Positions 32,052 to 44,019 of a stretch of 64,000 nucleotides of DNA are shown here, in pieces. The translations under genes were made by a program, and so were the position numbers. This DNA is from Bacilli bacterium. GTDB taxonomy: Bacteria > Bacillota_I > Bacilli_A > RF39 > UBA660. The stretch is taken from NCBI GenBank assembly GCA_900771805.1, contig CAAGPL010000045.1:90-64089 (forward strand). Direction: 5' to 3'. Positions within the stretch are counted from its first letter, which is position 1, and each line of letters begins with the position of its first letter. A model generated the notes under the pieces. That model did not search any database. It worked only from the letters and a program-made list of their open reading frames with translations, and was not told where the DNA came from.

Positions 32052-35000
32052 TTAATCAGTTAACTCATCTTCTAAAATATCTAAAACGTCATCATCTACT
32101 TGTTCACTTTCTAACTTATATTTAACATTAGAATAGTATTTTGAACCAGTACCAGCTGGTATTAATTTACCAATAATAACATTTTCTTTAAGACCAGTTA
32201 AATTATCAACTTTTCCTTTAATTGCTGCATCTGTTAAAATACGAGTTGTCTCTTGGAATGATGCTGCTGATAAGAATGAATCTGTTTCTAAAGATGCTTT
32301 AGTAATACCAAGCATAATAGGTCTTCCTGTAGCTGGTTTTTTACCATTTATAATAGCGTCTTTGTTAATTCTTGTAAATTCATGCATAGAAACTAACTTT
32401 CCATCTACTAAATTTGTTTCTCCTGGATCTACAATTCTTATACGAGCAATCATACGACGAGCAAGTATTTCAATGTGTTTATCAGACACATCAACACCTT
32501 GAGATTTATAAACCTTTTGAACTTCATATAATATATAATTTTGTGCAGTAATAGGATCTGTTACAGCAAGTAACTCTTTTGGATTTATAGAACCTATATT
32601 AAGAGCATCTCCCGCCTTTACTTCCTGTCCTAATTCAACACATAATTTTACACCATAATTAGTAGTATGTTCTCTTGATTCAACATCATTTGTAATTTCT
32701 ATTTTATATTTACCATTTACTTCATCTATTTTTGTTATCTTACCATTTATTTCAGCAACTGTTGACTTAGCTTTTGGATTTCTAGCTTCAAATAATTCTT
32801 GTACACGAGGTAGACCTTGAGTTATATCAGCACCTGATGCAACACCACCATTGTGGAAAGTACGCATTGTAAGCTGTGTACCAGGCTCTCCGATTGATTG
32901 TGCGGCCATAATACCAACTGCTTCACCAATTTCAACTAAATTACCTGTTGCAAGATTTGTACCATAACAATGTTTACAAATTCCATTTTCAGTCTTACAA
33001 GTTAAAGCAGTTCTAATTTCAACTTCAGTAATACCTGCTTTATCGATTTTATCAGCTATAGGCTCTGTTATTAACTCGTTTTTATCTATTATCAATTCTT
33101 TTGTTTCTGGATTTATTACCTTTTTATTAGTATATCTTCCAACAATACGTTCATGAAGACTTTCAATTACAGTTCCAGCAGCATCATCTATAAATGCTTT
33201 TACTGTAACACCTTGAATTGTACCACAATCTTCTTCTCTTACTATAACATCTTGAACAACATCAACTAAACGTCTTGTTAGGTAACCAGAATCAGCTGTT
33301 TTAAGAGCTGTATCAGCATTACCTTTACGAGTTCCGTGAGTAGATATAAAGTATTCTGATACTGATAATCCATCAACAAACGATGATGTAACTGGAATTT
33401 CTACAGCATCACCATTTGGTTTTGCAAGAAGTCCACGCATACCAGCCATTTGGTTATATTGTCCAATTGAACCACGAGCACCTGAGTTAACCATCATCAT
33501 AATTGGATTATCTGTTAGAGATTCAACTTTTTGTTTTAATTCTTTTTCTACTTCACTTGTTGTATTATTCCATACTTCACAAACCTTTTCGTAACGTTCT
33601 CTCTCTGTTATTAAACCACGTCTATATTGTTTATTTATAGCATCTACTATCTTTTGTGATTTTTCAATTATTTCATTTTTGTGTTCACTTTTTACAACAT
33701 CAGCAATTGAAATTGAAATACCTGATAAAGTAGAATACTTAAATCCTAGATTCTTTAATTTATCTAGATATATAGAAGTTTCTGTTGTTTTATAACGTTT
33801 AAATACTTGAGCAATTATTTTCTTTAAGTCACCTTTAGCAAAAGGTTTTACTATTTCCTTGTCTTTAATTTCTTCTGGAATATTAGAGCCTCTTTTTAAG
33901 AAATGAACAATTGGTGTAGTTCCTTCATAATTAGCTTTTGAAGGTTCATTTATATATTGAAAACCATCTGGTAATATTTCATTAAATAGTAATTTACCAA
34001 CTGTTGTTACTAAATACATTTCTTTTTGCTCTTCTGTAAACATCTTATACTTAAATGATTTTGCTGGTAATGCTATTCTAGCATGAAGAGTAACTTCTCT
34101 TCTTTCATAAGCTTCAATAGCTTCATTAGCATTCTTAAATACTCTACCTTCTCCTTTATCACCAGGTTTTTCAGTAGTTATGTAATAGTTACCTAAAACC
34201 ATGTCTTGCGATGGAGTAACGATTGGTTTACCATCTTTAGGATCTAGTATGTTATTTGAAGATAACATAAGTAATCTTGCTTCAGCTTGCGCTGCTTCAG
34301 AAAGTGGTACGTGAACAGCCATTTGGTCACCATCAAAGTCTGCGTTAAATCCAGCACAAACAAGTGGGTGTAATCTAATAGCCTTACCACTTACTAACTT
34401 AGGTTCAAATGCTTGAATACCTAATCTGTGAAGTGTTGGAGCACGGTTTAACATTACTGGATGTTCTTTAATAACATCTTCAACAACATCCCATACTCTT
34501 TCATCTTGATTTTCAATCATCTTTTTAGCAGATTTAATATTGTGAACTATATCTCTTTCTACTAAACCATGAATAACATGTGGTTTAAATAATTCAAGTG
34601 CCATTTCTTTTGGAATACCACATTGATACATCTTAAGTTCTGGACCAACAGCAATAACACTACGTCCTGAATAGTCAACACGTTTACCAAGTAAGTTTTG
34701 ACGGAAACGTCCTTGTTTACCTTTTAACATAGAAGAAATTGATTTAAGTGGTCTGTTTGATGGACCTGTAACATTTCTACCACGTCTTCCGTTATCGAAT
34801 AAAGCATCAACAGCTTCTTGAAGCATTCTTTTTTCATTTTGAACAATGATTGACGGAGCATTTAACTCAAGTAATTTTTTCAAACGATTATTACGATTAA
34901 TAACACGTCTATATAAATCATTTAAATCACTTGTAGCAAAACGACCACCATCTAATTGAATCATTGGTCTTAACTCTGGAGGTATAACAGGAAGAGCTGT

Positions 35001-35684
35001 TAATATCATCCATTCAGGTTTATTTCCTGATTTATTAAATGAATCTAATATATCTAATCTCTTTAATAATCTTGTTTTCTTTTGCTCTGAAGCACCTTCT
35101 AATTCTTCTTCTATTTTTGCTATTTCAGATTTAACATCTATTTCTTTTAGAAGTTTTAATATTGCTTCAGCTCCCATACCAACTTCAAAAGTATTTCCGT
35201 ATTTTTCATAATAAGCACGATATTCCTTATCAGATAAAGTTTGTTTCTTTTCAAGAGGAGCTGCACCAGGATTAATAACTACGTATGATACAAAGTATAA
35301 TACTTCTTCTAAGTCTCTTGGAGACATATCAAGTACTAATCCCATACGACTTGGTACACCTTTAAAAAACCAAATATGAGATACTGGAGTAGCAAGTTCA
35401 ATATGACCCATACGTTCACGACGAACTTTAGATTTAGTAACTTCTACTCCACATCTATCACACACGATATCTTTAAATCTTAATCTCTTGTATTTTCCAC
35501 AAGCACATTCATAATCTTTAGTTGGTCCAAATATTTTTTCACAGAATAAACCATCTCTTTCAGGTTTTAAAGTACGATAATTTATTGTTTCTGGTTTTTT
35601 TACTTCGCCATAAGACCATTCACGAATTTGTTCGGGTGAAGCGATAGATATTTTAATACCTTCAAATCTATTTGCATCTAACAT
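32052..35684 (-). CDS. rpoC: DNA-directed RNA polymerase subunit beta'
   Basis: 1210 aa. Zn-finger CxCGKY..C..CGVEV and catalytic [12 protein letters not shown]. Confidence 0.99.
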   Translation of the reverse strand: MLDANRFEGIKISIASPEQIREWSYGEVKKPETINYRTLKPERDGLFCEKIFGPTKDYECACGKYKRLRFKDIVCDRCGVEVTKSKVRRERMGHIELATPVSHIWFFKGVPSRMGLVLDMSPRDLEEVLYFVSYVVINPGAAPLEKKQTLSDKEYRAYYEKYGNTFEVGMGAEAILKLLKEIDVKSEIAKIEEELEGASEQKKTRLLKRLDILDSFNKSGNKPEWMILTALPVIPPELRPMIQLDGGRFATSDLNDLYRRVINRNNRLKKLLELNAPSIIVQNEKRMLQEAVDALFDNGRRGRNVTGPSNRPLKSISSMLKGKQGRFRQNLLGKRVDYSGRSVIAVGPELKMYQCGIPKEMALELFKPHVIHGLVERDIVHNIKSAKKMIENQDERVWDVVEDVIKEHPVMLNRAPTLHRLGIQAFEPKLVSGKAIRLHPLVCAGFNADFDGDQMAVHVPLSEAAQAEARLLMLSSNNILDPKDGKPIVTPSQDMVLGNYYITTEKPGDKGEGRVFKNANEAIEAYERREVTLHARIALPAKSFKYKMFTEEQKEMYLVTTVGKLLFNEILPDGFQYINEPSKANYEGTTPIVHFLKRGSNIPEEIKDKEIVKPFAKGDLKKIIAQVFKRYKTTETSIYLDKLKNLGFKYSTLSGISISIADVVKSEHKNEIIEKSQKIVDAINKQYRRGLITERERYEKVCEVWNNTTSEVEKELKQKVESLTDNPIMMMVNSGARGSIGQYNQMAGMRGLLAKPNGDAVEIPVTSSFVDGLSVSEYFISTHGTRKGNADTALKTADSGYLTRRLVDVVQDVIVREEDCGTIQGVTVKAFIDDAAGTVIESLHERIVGRYTNKKVINPETKELIIDKNELITEPIADKIDKAGITEVEIRTALTCKTENGICKHCYGTNLATGNLVEIGEAVGIMAAQSIGEPGTQLTMRTFHNGGVASGADITQGLPRVQELFEARNPKAKSTVAEINGKITKIDEVNGKYKIEITNDVESREHTTNYGVKLCVELGQEVKAGDALNIGSINPKELLAVTDPITAQNYILYEVQKVYKSQGVDVSDKHIEILARRMIARIRIVDPGETNLVDGKLVSMHEFTRINKDAIINGKKPATGRPIMLGITKASLETDSFLSAASFQETTRILTDAAIKGKVDNLTGLKENVIIGKLIPAGTGSKYYSNVKYKLESEQVDDDVLDILEDELTD

Positions 35685-38600
35685 TATTCTTCATCCCCTT
35701 CCACTAATTCATCTAAATTATCTTCTAATTCAGATTCAAAATCATCTTCTTCATCTTCTTCGATAGAATCATCTAATGATTCTTTTTCCTGTGATGAATT
35801 TGATTTAATCATTGAAACATTATCAATTTCTTCTATTGATAATGGAGAAGCTTCTTTATCTTCCTCTTCTTCTAGAGTTTTAACATCAACTTCCTTACCA
35901 TCATCAGTAATCATTGCAATATTTAATCCTAAAGCTTGGAATTCTTTAACTAATACACGGAAACTTTCTGGAACCCCTGCTTGATTAATTGGTTTTCCTT
36001 TAACGATTGATTCATATACTTTTACACGTCCTACAACATCATCTGATTTAACAGTTAAAATTTCTTGAAGTACATTAGCAGCTCCATATGCATATAAAGC
36101 CCAAACTTCCATTTCACCAAATCTTTGTCCACCAAATTGTGCCTTACCACCTAAAGGTTGTTGTGTAACTAATGAATATGGACCAGTTGCACGAGCATGC
36201 AATTTATCATCAACCATATGGTCAAGCTTAATCATATACATAACACCAACAGCAACACGATTATCAAAAGGTTCACCTGTTTTACCATTATATAAAACTG
36301 TTTTACCATCAAGATCCATTCCAGCTTCACTCATCATTTCTTGAATATCATCCCATGTAGCACCATCAAATACTGGAGTAGATGTATAAACACCTAATTT
36401 TTTAGCAGCCATACCTAAATGCATTTCTAAAACTTGCCCAGGGTTCATACGTGATGGAACTCCAAGAGGGTTAAGTAAAATATCTACTGGTGTACCATCT
36501 GGTAAGTATGGCATATCTTCTTGTGGAACAACAAGTGATACAACACCTTTATTTCCATGACGACCAGCCATTTTGTCACCAACTTGAATCTTACGTTTTT
36601 GAACTATATATACACGAATTTCTTTTGAAACACCACTTGGTAATTCATCAGAATCCTTTTTAGTATAAATCTTTATATCATGAACTATACCAGCTCCACC
36701 ATGTGGAACTCTAAGAGATGTATCTCTTACTTCACGGGTCTTCTCACCGAAGATTGCATGTAATAATTTTTCCTCAGAAGTAAGCTCAACCATTCCTTTT
36801 GGAGTTACTTTACCAACTAAGATATCGCCTTCTTTTACTTCTGTACCTATTCTAATAATACCATTTGAATCTAGGTTCTTACGTGCTTCTTCACTTACGT
36901 TTGGAATATCACGAGTAATCTCTTCAGGGCCTAACTTAGTATCACGGCATTGAATTTCGTAATCCTCTAAATATATAGAAGTTAAAGCATCTTCTTTTAC
37001 CATTTTTTCATTTAATATAACAGCATCCTCATAGTCATATCCGTTATATGTCATAAATGCAACAACTAAGTTTTTACCTAAAGCAACTTCACCCTTATCA
37101 GTTGAAGGTCCATCTGCTATTACTTGTCCACGTTTAACACTATCACCTATTCTAACAATTGGTCTTTGATGATAACATGTTCCAGCGTTAGATCCTTCAA
37201 AATTCTTAAGTAAATATATATCTTTTGCTTTTGCTGTTTTTACAATTATTTTCTTTCCATCTACATATTCAACTACACCATCAGCTTTAGCTAAAACAAC
37301 TACACCAGAATCCTTAGCTGCTTGACCTTCTACACCAGTTGCAACTAATGCTGCCTCAGGTTTTAATAAAGGTAGTGCTTGACGCTGCATGTTACATCCC
37401 ATTAGTGCACGTTTTCCATCATCATGATCAAGGAATGGTATACAACTTGTTGTAACTGAAACAATTTGTTGAGGTGCAACATCGATATAATCAATTTCAC
37501 TTGGTTTTGCTAATATATTTTCACCATTTTGTCTAGCTGGACAATGTTCTTCCACTATATTTCCATTTTCCATTTTTACATTAGCCTGAGAAATAATATG
37601 TCCGTTTTCCTCATCAGCAGTTAAATAATCTATTTGATCTAATAATTTACCTTCTTTAACTCTTCTATATGGAGTCATTATAAATCCATATTCGTTTACT
37701 TTCGCATAATTTGCAAGTGATGTAATAAGACCTATATTAGCTCCTTCTGGAGATTCAATAGGACAAATTCTACCATAGTGTGATACGTTAACGTCACGAA
37801 CTTCCATAGCAGCTCTATCACGAGAAAGTCCACCAGGACCAAGAGCAGATAAACGACGTTTATTATTTAATTCTGATAATGGATTAATTTGATCCATAAA
37901 TTGTGATAATGGACTTGATCCAAAGAATTCTTTAATAACTGCTGTTATTGGTCTTATATTTATTAATGTTTTTGGAGTTGCAGTTTCAACATCTAAAGTA
38001 GTCATTCTTTCTCTGATTACCCTTTCCATACGTGCAACACCAACTCTAAATTGGTTTTGTAGTAACTCACCTACTTGTCTTAAACGACGGTTAGATAAAT
38101 GATCTATTTCATCTATAGTACCTACGTTTTGTAAAAGATTCAAATAATATGATACTGAAGCATATATATCTGATATTGTAAGTGTTTTAACTGTAAGTGA
38201 TTGATCATTACCAATAATTTTTATTACTTTTTCTGGTTCAATTGGAGAATAAATACTAACTATTTGAACCATAGTATGATCATCTAATTCTTTATCTAAT
38301 GTAGCATCAACCATTCCATAACCATTTTTGAAAATTGGTTTTAATTTTTCTAACACATCATGAGTAACCTTTGTACCCTTAGATACTACTACTTTATCAT
38401 CAACTTTTATATCTTCCGCTAAGATTTGATTTAATAATCTATCACAAACATCTAATTTTTTATTGAATTTATAACGTCCAACTTTTGCCAAATCATATCT
38501 AAATGAATCAAAAAATCTAGTTATTAATTGGTTTTTAGCACTATCTAAAGTTGCAGGTTCACCTGGTTTTAACTTTTCATATATTTCAAGTAAAGCTTCA

Positions 38601-39289
38601 TCAGTATTTTTAGTAGAATCCTTTGATAAACTATTTATTAAATATTCATCTTGACCAAATAATTTTAGTATATCTTCATCACTAGAAAGCCCAAATGCTC
38701 TTAAAAATGCAGTTATAACAACTTTTCTATTACGGTCTATTCTAACATCTACTACATCCTTACTATTTAGTTTATACTCAAGCCAAGTACCTTTATTAGG
38801 AATTAATTGAGAAGAAATTATAGAACGTCCATTCTTATCTATTTCTCTTCCATAATATACGCTTGGAGAACGTACTAATTGTGATACAATAACACGTTCT
38901 GAACCATTAAAAATAAATGATCCAGAATCTGTCATAAGTGGCATATCACCTAAGAATATTTCTTGTTCTTTTACCTCACCCGTTTCATTATTGAAAAGAC
39001 GAGTTTGAACTTTTAAAGGAGATGCATATGTAGTTTTTTTCTCCTTGCATTCTTTAATTGTATGCCTTGGTTCATCAAAAGAATATTCACCAAATTCTAA
39101 AGATAATGTTCCAGAGAAATTTTCTACTGGGCTTATTTCCTCTAACACTTCTTTTATTCCATCTTGAATAAACCAATCATAAGATTTTGTTTGTATCTCT
39201 AAAAGATCAGCTAACTCTAATGAATTAGTTACTCTAGAGAAATCTCTTCTTTCACGGTATTCGTTTACTTTTTTTATTTTATAAGCCAC
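35684..39289 (-). CDS. rpoB: DNA-directed RNA polymerase subunit beta
   Basis: 1201 aa. [15 protein letters not shown] and [11 protein letters not shown] motifs. GTG start behind ggggtgga. Unusually long acidic C-terminal tail. Confidence 0.99.
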   Translation of the reverse strand: MAYKIKKVNEYRERRDFSRVTNSLELADLLEIQTKSYDWFIQDGIKEVLEEISPVENFSGTLSLEFGEYSFDEPRHTIKECKEKKTTYASPLKVQTRLFNNETGEVKEQEIFLGDMPLMTDSGSFIFNGSERVIVSQLVRSPSVYYGREIDKNGRSIISSQLIPNKGTWLEYKLNSKDVVDVRIDRNRKVVITAFLRAFGLSSDEDILKLFGQDEYLINSLSKDSTKNTDEALLEIYEKLKPGEPATLDSAKNQLITRFFDSFRYDLAKVGRYKFNKKLDVCDRLLNQILAEDIKVDDKVVVSKGTKVTHDVLEKLKPIFKNGYGMVDATLDKELDDHTMVQIVSIYSPIEPEKVIKIIGNDQSLTVKTLTISDIYASVSYYLNLLQNVGTIDEIDHLSNRRLRQVGELLQNQFRVGVARMERVIRERMTTLDVETATPKTLINIRPITAVIKEFFGSSPLSQFMDQINPLSELNNKRRLSALGPGGLSRDRAAMEVRDVNVSHYGRICPIESPEGANIGLITSLANYAKVNEYGFIMTPYRRVKEGKLLDQIDYLTADEENGHIISQANVKMENGNIVEEHCPARQNGENILAKPSEIDYIDVAPQQIVSVTTSCIPFLDHDDGKRALMGCNMQRQALPLLKPEAALVATGVEGQAAKDSGVVVLAKADGVVEYVDGKKIIVKTAKAKDIYLLKNFEGSNAGTCYHQRPIVRIGDSVKRGQVIADGPSTDKGEVALGKNLVVAFMTYNGYDYEDAVILNEKMVKEDALTSIYLEDYEIQCRDTKLGPEEITRDIPNVSEEARKNLDSNGIIRIGTEVKEGDILVGKVTPKGMVELTSEEKLLHAIFGEKTREVRDTSLRVPHGGAGIVHDIKIYTKKDSDELPSGVSKEIRVYIVQKRKIQVGDKMAGRHGNKGVVSLVVPQEDMPYLPDGTPVDILLNPLGVPSRMNPGQVLEMHLGMAAKKLGVYTSTPVFDGATWDDIQEMMSEAGMDLDGKTVLYNGKTGEPFDNRVAVGVMYMIKLDHMVDDKLHARATGPYSLVTQQPLGGKAQFGGQRFGEMEVWALYAYGAANVLQEILTVKSDDVVGRVKVYESIVKGKPINQAGVPESFRVLVKEFQALGLNIAMITDDGKEVDVKTLEEEEDKEASPLSIEEIDNVSMIKSNSSQEKESLDDSIEEDEEDDFESELEDNLDELVEGDEE

Positions 39290-39359
39290 GCAATTCCACC
39301 CCTAAACTATAAAATTTTAAAGAACATGTCTAAAATTAAAGACACAGTACCAATTTAAA

Positions 39360-39388
39360 ATGTTACATTAAAAATCTATAATTGTCAA
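39360..39388 (-). promoter_or_regulatory. Candidate sigma-A promoter upstream of rpoB
   Basis: Minus strand reads TTGACA, 17 nt, TAACAT, about 70 nt upstream of the rpoB start. Confidence 0.4.
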
Positions 39389-39398
39389 TCAATTTTAC

Positions 39399-39436
39399 AA
39401 AAAAACACAAATAATTTTAATATTTGCGTTTTTTTA
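39399..39436 (-). terminator. Terminator after the ybxB-like methyltransferase gene
   Basis: cacaaata-attttaa-tatttgcg stem (one wobble) flanked by A7 and T7. Confidence 0.6.
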
Positions 39437-39451
39437 TTATTTTATTCATTA

Positions 39452-40036
39452 TTATTTTGCTTTTATAATGAAAAAACCTTTTTTTCTATTTATTAAATCA
39501 ACACTATTATATATATATTTCATATCTCTAATTAAAGATAAAGCCCCCTTATCTTTTCTAACAACAATCCATATTTCACCATTTTCTTTTAAATGATTTT
39601 TACCATTCATAACAATTTCATATAGTTTTTCTTTACCAACTCTTATAGGTGGATTAGATAATATGTAATCATATTTATTATTTATATTTAAATATGCATC
39701 AGAAAAAAATACATTAGCCTTTATATCTTGATTTTTTAACGCTAATTTCGCTAGATTTATTGCCCTTTTATTAATATCACACATATCAACATTAAAACCT
39801 CGAATTGCAGCATATATACCAATAGCACCTGTTCCGCAACCTATATCTAAAAATTTTTTTTCATGTGAATTATTATACACAAATGTTTTTAACAATAATT
39901 CTGTTCCAAAATCCAACTCATTTTTAGAAAATACACCATTATCAGTATAAAAATAATAATTAGTATCATTCATAGAAACTTTCACTTTTTTTATTTCTGA
40001 TTTTAAATTTTCTTCATTAGTAAAATAATGTGCCAT
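39452..40036 (-). CDS. Class I SAM-dependent methyltransferase (RsmC/YbxB-like)
   Basis: 194 aa. DIGCGTGAIG SAM motif and SNPPIRVGK. Lies between rplL and rpoB, as ybxB does in B. subtilis. Confidence 0.8.
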   Translation of the reverse strand: MAHYFTNEENLKSEIKKVKVSMNDTNYYFYTDNGVFSKNELDFGTELLLKTFVYNNSHEKKFLDIGCGTGAIGIYAAIRGFNVDMCDINKRAINLAKLALKNQDIKANVFFSDAYLNINNKYDYILSNPPIRVGKEKLYEIVMNGKNHLKENGEIWIVVRKDKGALSLIRDMKYIYNSVDLINRKKGFFIIKAK

Positions 40037-40061
40037 ATATAATCACCCATATCAATTATAA

Positions 40062-40090
40062 CAAAAAAGAACTACAATATGTAGTTCTTT
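40062..40090 (-). terminator. Rho-independent terminator after rplL
   Basis: aaagaactac-aatat-gtagttcttt followed by a T run on the minus strand. Confidence 0.7.
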
Positions 40091-40109
40091 AAGTACTTAT
40101 TTAACTAAA

Positions 40110-40478
40110 TTATGCAAGTTCAACAGTTGCGCCAGCTTCTTCTAGCTTAGCTTTAATATCGTTAGCTTCTTCCATTGGAGCGTTTTCTTTAACATTTCCA
40201 CCTTCATCAGCTAACTTCTTAGCTTCCATTAATCCTAGACCAGTAATATCTCTAATTGCTTTAATAACTTGGATCTTAGCTGCTCCAGCATCTTTTAATA
40301 CTACAGTTGCAGAAGTTTTTTCTTCAGCTTGTGCTCCAGCTACTGGTTGAGCAGCAACTGCAACAGCACTTGGATCTACTCCAAACTCTTCTTTCATTGC
40401 ATCTACTAATTCTTTTACTTCAAGAATTTTCATTTCCTTTATTGCATCAATAATTTCTTGTGTACTTAATTTTGCCAT
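40110..40478 (-). CDS. rplL: 50S ribosomal protein L7/L12
   Basis: 122 aa. Ala-rich hinge. KIQVIKAIRDITGLGLMEAKKL. Confidence 0.98.
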   Translation of the reverse strand: MAKLSTQEIIDAIKEMKILEVKELVDAMKEEFGVDPSAVAVAAQPVAGAQAEEKTSATVVLKDAGAAKIQVIKAIRDITGLGLMEAKKLADEGGNVKENAPMEEANDIKAKLEEAGATVELA

Positions 40479-40500
40479 TTTATTTTCCTCCTAATTTTTA

Positions 40501-40998
40501 TTATTTTTCTTCCTCTAAATTTTGACTATGTAAGTCAAGACATATTGCAACATTCTTAACATGTTCCATTAATCCTGCTGCAAACATAGTAAGTAATCCA
40601 TCTCTTGATGGTATTGTTGCTAATTTGTTTAATTCTTCTAAGCTTGCTTCTTTTCCATCTACATAACCACCTTTTAATTCAAGTGCTGGGTGAGTTTTAG
40701 CAAAATCTGCTAAAACTTTAATTGCAGCAATTTCATCATCAGATGTAGCCATGGCAGATGGTCCTTCTAAACATTCATCTAATTTGATTGAAAGTTTATC
40801 AAAAGCTCTTTTAGTCAAAGTATTTTTATATACTTTATAAGAAGAATTTTCTTCACGTAATTTGCGACGTAATTCAACAATTTCAGCGTCTGTTAAACCA
40901 CGATAATCAAATAGTACAACACTATTTGCATTTTTAACACGTTCAGCAATTTCATTAACAACTTCTTCTTTTTTAGCTATTATAGCTTGGTTTGCCAT
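40501..40998 (-). CDS. rplJ: 50S ribosomal protein L10
   Basis: 165 aa. VVLFDYRGLTDAEIVELRRKLRE. Confidence 0.97.
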   Translation of the reverse strand: MANQAIIAKKEEVVNEIAERVKNANSVVLFDYRGLTDAEIVELRRKLREENSSYKVYKNTLTKRAFDKLSIKLDECLEGPSAMATSDDEIAAIKVLADFAKTHPALELKGGYVDGKEASLEELNKLATIPSRDGLLTMFAAGLMEHVKNVAICLDLHSQNLEEEK

Positions 40999-41029
40999 GT
41001 TTCTTCCTCCTTTAATTTTAGTATAAGTA

Positions 41030-41190
41030 CCTAATTAAAAAGTCTTCATGACAAAGACATGAAGACCTTAAAATCCATTTTTTGATTTTGTCCTCGGTAG
41101 GAATACTAGTTATGTGATTATATCACTCCTACTGTCTTTGGTACTATATAATTACGCTCTTTGAGCAATAACTACTAACATTTTAAATCA
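41030..41190 (-). promoter_or_regulatory. rplJ (L10) leader with attenuator-like hairpin
   Basis: Relatively GC-rich 200-nt spacer upstream of rplJ. Perfect 9-bp hairpin gtcttcatg/catgaagac (41042-41066) followed by Ts on the minus strand. Position matches the Firmicute L10 leader. Covariance-model confirmation is needed. Confidence 0.5.
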
Positions 41191-41197
41191 TTTTATA

Positions 41198-41896
41198 TTA
41201 TTTGTCAAATGATGCTAAATCAACCTTAACACCAGGACCCATAGTTGAAGCTAATGATACACCTTTTAAATAAATACCTTTAGCAGCTTGTGGTTTTGAT
41301 TTGATGATAACATCCATAAATGCTTTTATGTTAGAAACTAACTTTTCATCATCAAATGAAACTTTACCAACTAATGCATGTACGTTAGCATATGAATCAG
41401 TTCTGTATTCAACGCGTCCTTTTTTAACATCTTCAACAGCCTTTTTAGTATCCATAGTAACAGTACCAGTTTTAGGGTTTGGCATTAATCCTTTAGGGCC
41501 TAAAACCTTACCTAACTTACCTAACATAGGCATCATTTCTGGTGTTGCAATAATTACATCAAAATCAAACCAATTTTCCTTTTCAATTTTAGTAATCATG
41601 TCTACATCACCAACAAAATCAGCTCCAGCTTCTGTTGCTGCTTTTGCTGCATCACCTTTTGCTAAAACTAACACTTTCTTAGTCTTTCCTGTTCCAAAAG
41701 GTAAAACTATAGCACCTCTTAGTTGTTGATCATTTTTCTTAGTATCTAAATTTAATCTAACTGCTATTTCTACAGTGCCATCAAATTTTGATACAGAAGT
41801 CTCTTTAACTAATTTAACAGCTTCTTCTAAAGAATATAATTTACCCTTTTCAATTTTGCTTAAAGCTTCAGTGTACTTCTTACTTTTCTTTCCCAT
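41198..41896 (-). CDS. rplA: 50S ribosomal protein L1
   Basis: 232 aa. [14 protein letters not shown]...[16 protein letters not shown]. Confidence 0.98.
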   Translation of the reverse strand: MGKKSKKYTEALSKIEKGKLYSLEEAVKLVKETSVSKFDGTVEIAVRLNLDTKKNDQQLRGAIVLPFGTGKTKKVLVLAKGDAAKAATEAGADFVGDVDMITKIEKENWFDFDVIIATPEMMPMLGKLGKVLGPKGLMPNPKTGTVTMDTKKAVEDVKKGRVEYRTDSYANVHALVGKVSFDDEKLVSNIKAFMDVIIKSKPQAAKGIYLKGVSLASTMGPGVKVDLASFDK

Positions 41897-41972
41897 TTTC
41901 TTACCTCCTTGTGGTTTATAGCGGATTTTCCTCCCACATAGATAAATCTATATGACTATTTTTATTATTTTA

Positions 41973-42398
41973 TTAATCTTTAATTTCAATACCCATATTT
42001 TTAGCAGTACCAGCAACTATTTTCATAGCTTCTTCTACAGTATATGCATTTAAATCAGGTAATTTTATTTCAGCAATTTCTTTTAATTGATCCTTAGTTA
42101 TAGAACCAACAATTTCTGAAGAACCTTTTGTAGATCCTTTTTTTATTTTAGCAACTTTTTTAATTAAGAATGCAGTTGGCGGAGTTAAGAATCTAAGTTC
42201 AAAACTTCTATCATCATAAACTGATATTTCAACTGGAACAATATCTCCTATTCTATCTTTTGTTGCGTCATTATATTTAACACAAAATTCACCAGAGTTA
42301 ACACCTAATGGTCCTAGTGCAGTACCTACTGGTGGAGCAGGTGTAGCTTTACCTGCTGGTAATTGTAATTTTAATTTTCTTACTAATTCCTTTGCCAC
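41973..42398 (-). CDS. rplK: 50S ribosomal protein L11
   Basis: KLQLPAGKATPAPPVGTALGP. The start is the second GTG (42398), behind aggaggtg; the track start lies inside the RBS. Confidence 0.97.
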   Translation of the reverse strand: MAKELVRKLKLQLPAGKATPAPPVGTALGPLGVNSGEFCVKYNDATKDRIGDIVPVEISVYDDRSFELRFLTPPTAFLIKKVAKIKKGSTKGSSEIVGSITKDQLKEIAEIKLPDLNAYTVEEAMKIVAGTAKNMGIEIKD

Positions 42399-42561
42399 GA
42401 AAAACACCTCCTATATTATATTTTTTCGCGAGTGGTCAAATAGCTTTATTTTTAATCCGCGCCTTCCACTAATCTTTTTTTCTTTCATCATCTATATAAA
42501 ATATATAGCTGCGAATATAATTTTATCACAGCATATATGATAAAAGCAAGTGCTTTTTTAA

Positions 42562-43101
42562 TTACTCTTTTGTAAATTGAGTAAGTTCAAGTTCAACATT
42601 TGTCTCTTGACCAAATAAATCTATTGAAACATTTGCTTTTCCAGCATCTAAATCAATACTAGTTATTTTACCAGCAAGCATTTTAAATGGTCCATCTGTT
42701 ATTTTAACGTTATCACCAACTTCATAATTAGTAACAACAGTATCTCCCTTATAACCAATCTCTTTAAATATTCTTTCAACTTCATCATCATATAATGGAA
42801 CTGGTTTTGCACCCTTTCCTGATGATCCTAAAAATCCAGTTACACCAGGTGTATTACGAACAATATACCATGATTCATCTGACATTATCATTTCAACTAA
42901 TACATAACCTGGAAATAATTTTTTAATTTTTTCCTTTTTCTTACCGTCTTTTATTTCTACTTCTTTTCTTTCTGGAACAATTACTCTAAATATGTTTTCT
43001 TGCATATCCATAGAGTTAATCCTCATGTCTAATTTTTCCTTTACTTTAGCTTCATGACCAGAATATGTATTAACTACATACCATTTTTTTTCTTCTTCCA
43101 T
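42562..43101 (-). CDS. nusG: Transcription termination/antitermination factor NusG
   Basis: 179 aa. KWYVVNTYSGHE NGN domain and C-terminal KOW (GDNVKITDGPF). Confidence 0.97.
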   Translation of the reverse strand: MEEEKKWYVVNTYSGHEAKVKEKLDMRINSMDMQENIFRVIVPERKEVEIKDGKKKEKIKKLFPGYVLVEMIMSDESWYIVRNTPGVTGFLGSSGKGAKPVPLYDDEVERIFKEIGYKGDTVVTNYEVGDNVKITDGPFKMLAGKITSIDLDAGKANVSIDLFGQETNVELELTQFTKE

Positions 43102-43102
43102 A

Positions 43103-43321
43103 TTAGCTAAATACCTCCTTTAAGTATGAAAATAAGGCAATAATCATATCTGTACCTATAAAAAACACACAAATAAATATCATAAAAACAATTGTTGCAA
43201 TAGAATATTTAATTAAATTCTTCTTAGAAGTCCACATTATTTTTTTAGATTCTTTTGCAACATCAGCAAAAAAATCCTTTAAAAACTTAAATAAATTTCT
43301 TTTTTTCTTAGCTTTTGCCAT
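43103..43321 (-). CDS. secE: Preprotein translocase subunit SecE
   Basis: 72 aa with a single C-terminal TM helix. Immediately upstream of nusG. Confidence 0.85.
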   Translation of the reverse strand: MAKAKKKRNLFKFLKDFFADVAKESKKIMWTSKKNLIKYSIATIVFMIFICVFFIGTDMIIALFSYLKEVFS

Positions 43322-43343
43322 ATTTTATCTCCTATTAATTCAA

Positions 43344-43370
43344 AATAAAAAACACTAAAAGATGTGTTTA
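43344..43370 (-). terminator. Weak hairpin terminator after sigH
   Basis: aaacac-taaaagat-gtgttt followed by a T run on the minus strand. Stem is only 6 bp. Confidence 0.35.
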
Positions 43371-43403
43371 CTAACTAAATAGTAACACATTAAATAAAAT
43401 TAG

Positions 43404-44018
43404 TCAATTTATTTCTTCTAATATTTTTCTTAATTTTATTCTTATTCTAAACAAAACACTTTCTATAGACTTTGCTGTTTTATTAAGCGTTTTAGAAATT
43501 TCTTCGTTACTAAAACCATAAATTTTAAGTTCATAAACTTGCTTTTCAAATTTTGATAAACAAGTTTCTATTTTTTTATTGAAGTATATAGCCTGCTCTT
43601 TACCAACTAAAAGATCTTCTATAGAGCGTTCATTACTAGATATTAAATTATCTAAAGTGTTATTATCCTCATTTAATTTATAATCTATTGAATAAGACTC
43701 ATTTAAAATACTATGCTTTTTTCTATTTGCATTTCTTATAGCAGACATTATTTTTCTTTTTATACAAACAAATGCAAATGTAGAAAATTTTATATTTTTT
43801 TGATCTTTATAAGTTTTTATTGCAGAATCTAATCCTATTAACCCTTCCTGATACAAATCATTATAATCAAGACCTTTGCCATCTACTAGTTTTACATACT
43901 TCCTAGCATAATAATCTATAACTGGTTCATATTTTTTAAATATAGTATCTACTGCATCCTCATTATTTTCACAAACCATATAAAGTAATTCATAATCATC
44001 TTCATATTGTTTTATCAT
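43404..44018 (-). CDS. sigH: Sporulation-initiation sigma factor SigH
   Basis: 204 aa. QEGLIGL, FSTFAFVCIKRKIMSAIRNANRKKHSILN and a region 4 HTH. Conserved mrnC-rlmB-sigH-secE-nusG neighbourhood. Confidence 0.85.
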   Translation of the reverse strand: MIKQYEDDYELLYMVCENNEDAVDTIFKKYEPVIDYYARKYVKLVDGKGLDYNDLYQEGLIGLDSAIKTYKDQKNIKFSTFAFVCIKRKIMSAIRNANRKKHSILNESYSIDYKLNEDNNTLDNLISSNERSIEDLLVGKEQAIYFNKKIETCLSKFEKQVYELKIYGFSNEEISKTLNKTAKSIESVLFRIRIKLRKILEEIN

Positions 44019-44019
44019 T

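Noticed and set aside
41301-41729. Plus-strand ORFs of 60-142 aa lying inside minus-strand conserved genes. Examples: 41301-41729 in rplA, 11326-11619 and 11697-11885 in tuf, 12230-12445 and 13355-13594 in fusA, 9076-9393 in eno, 16811-16993 and 17388-17645 in murA, 23231-23455 in prfA, 29063-29272 in ftsH, 5650-5841 in rnr, 53332-53562 in yabG, several in the recombinases and RHS gene.
   Set aside because: All are antisense shadows of strongly supported genes. They have low-complexity S/T/I/F-rich translations, no RBS and no recognisable motifs.
43322-43403. Looked for rpmG (L33), which precedes secE in B. subtilis.
   Set aside because: The sigH-secE spacer is only about 80 nt and holds a terminator-like hairpin. 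No small Cys-rich ORF is present, so the gene is simply elsewhere.
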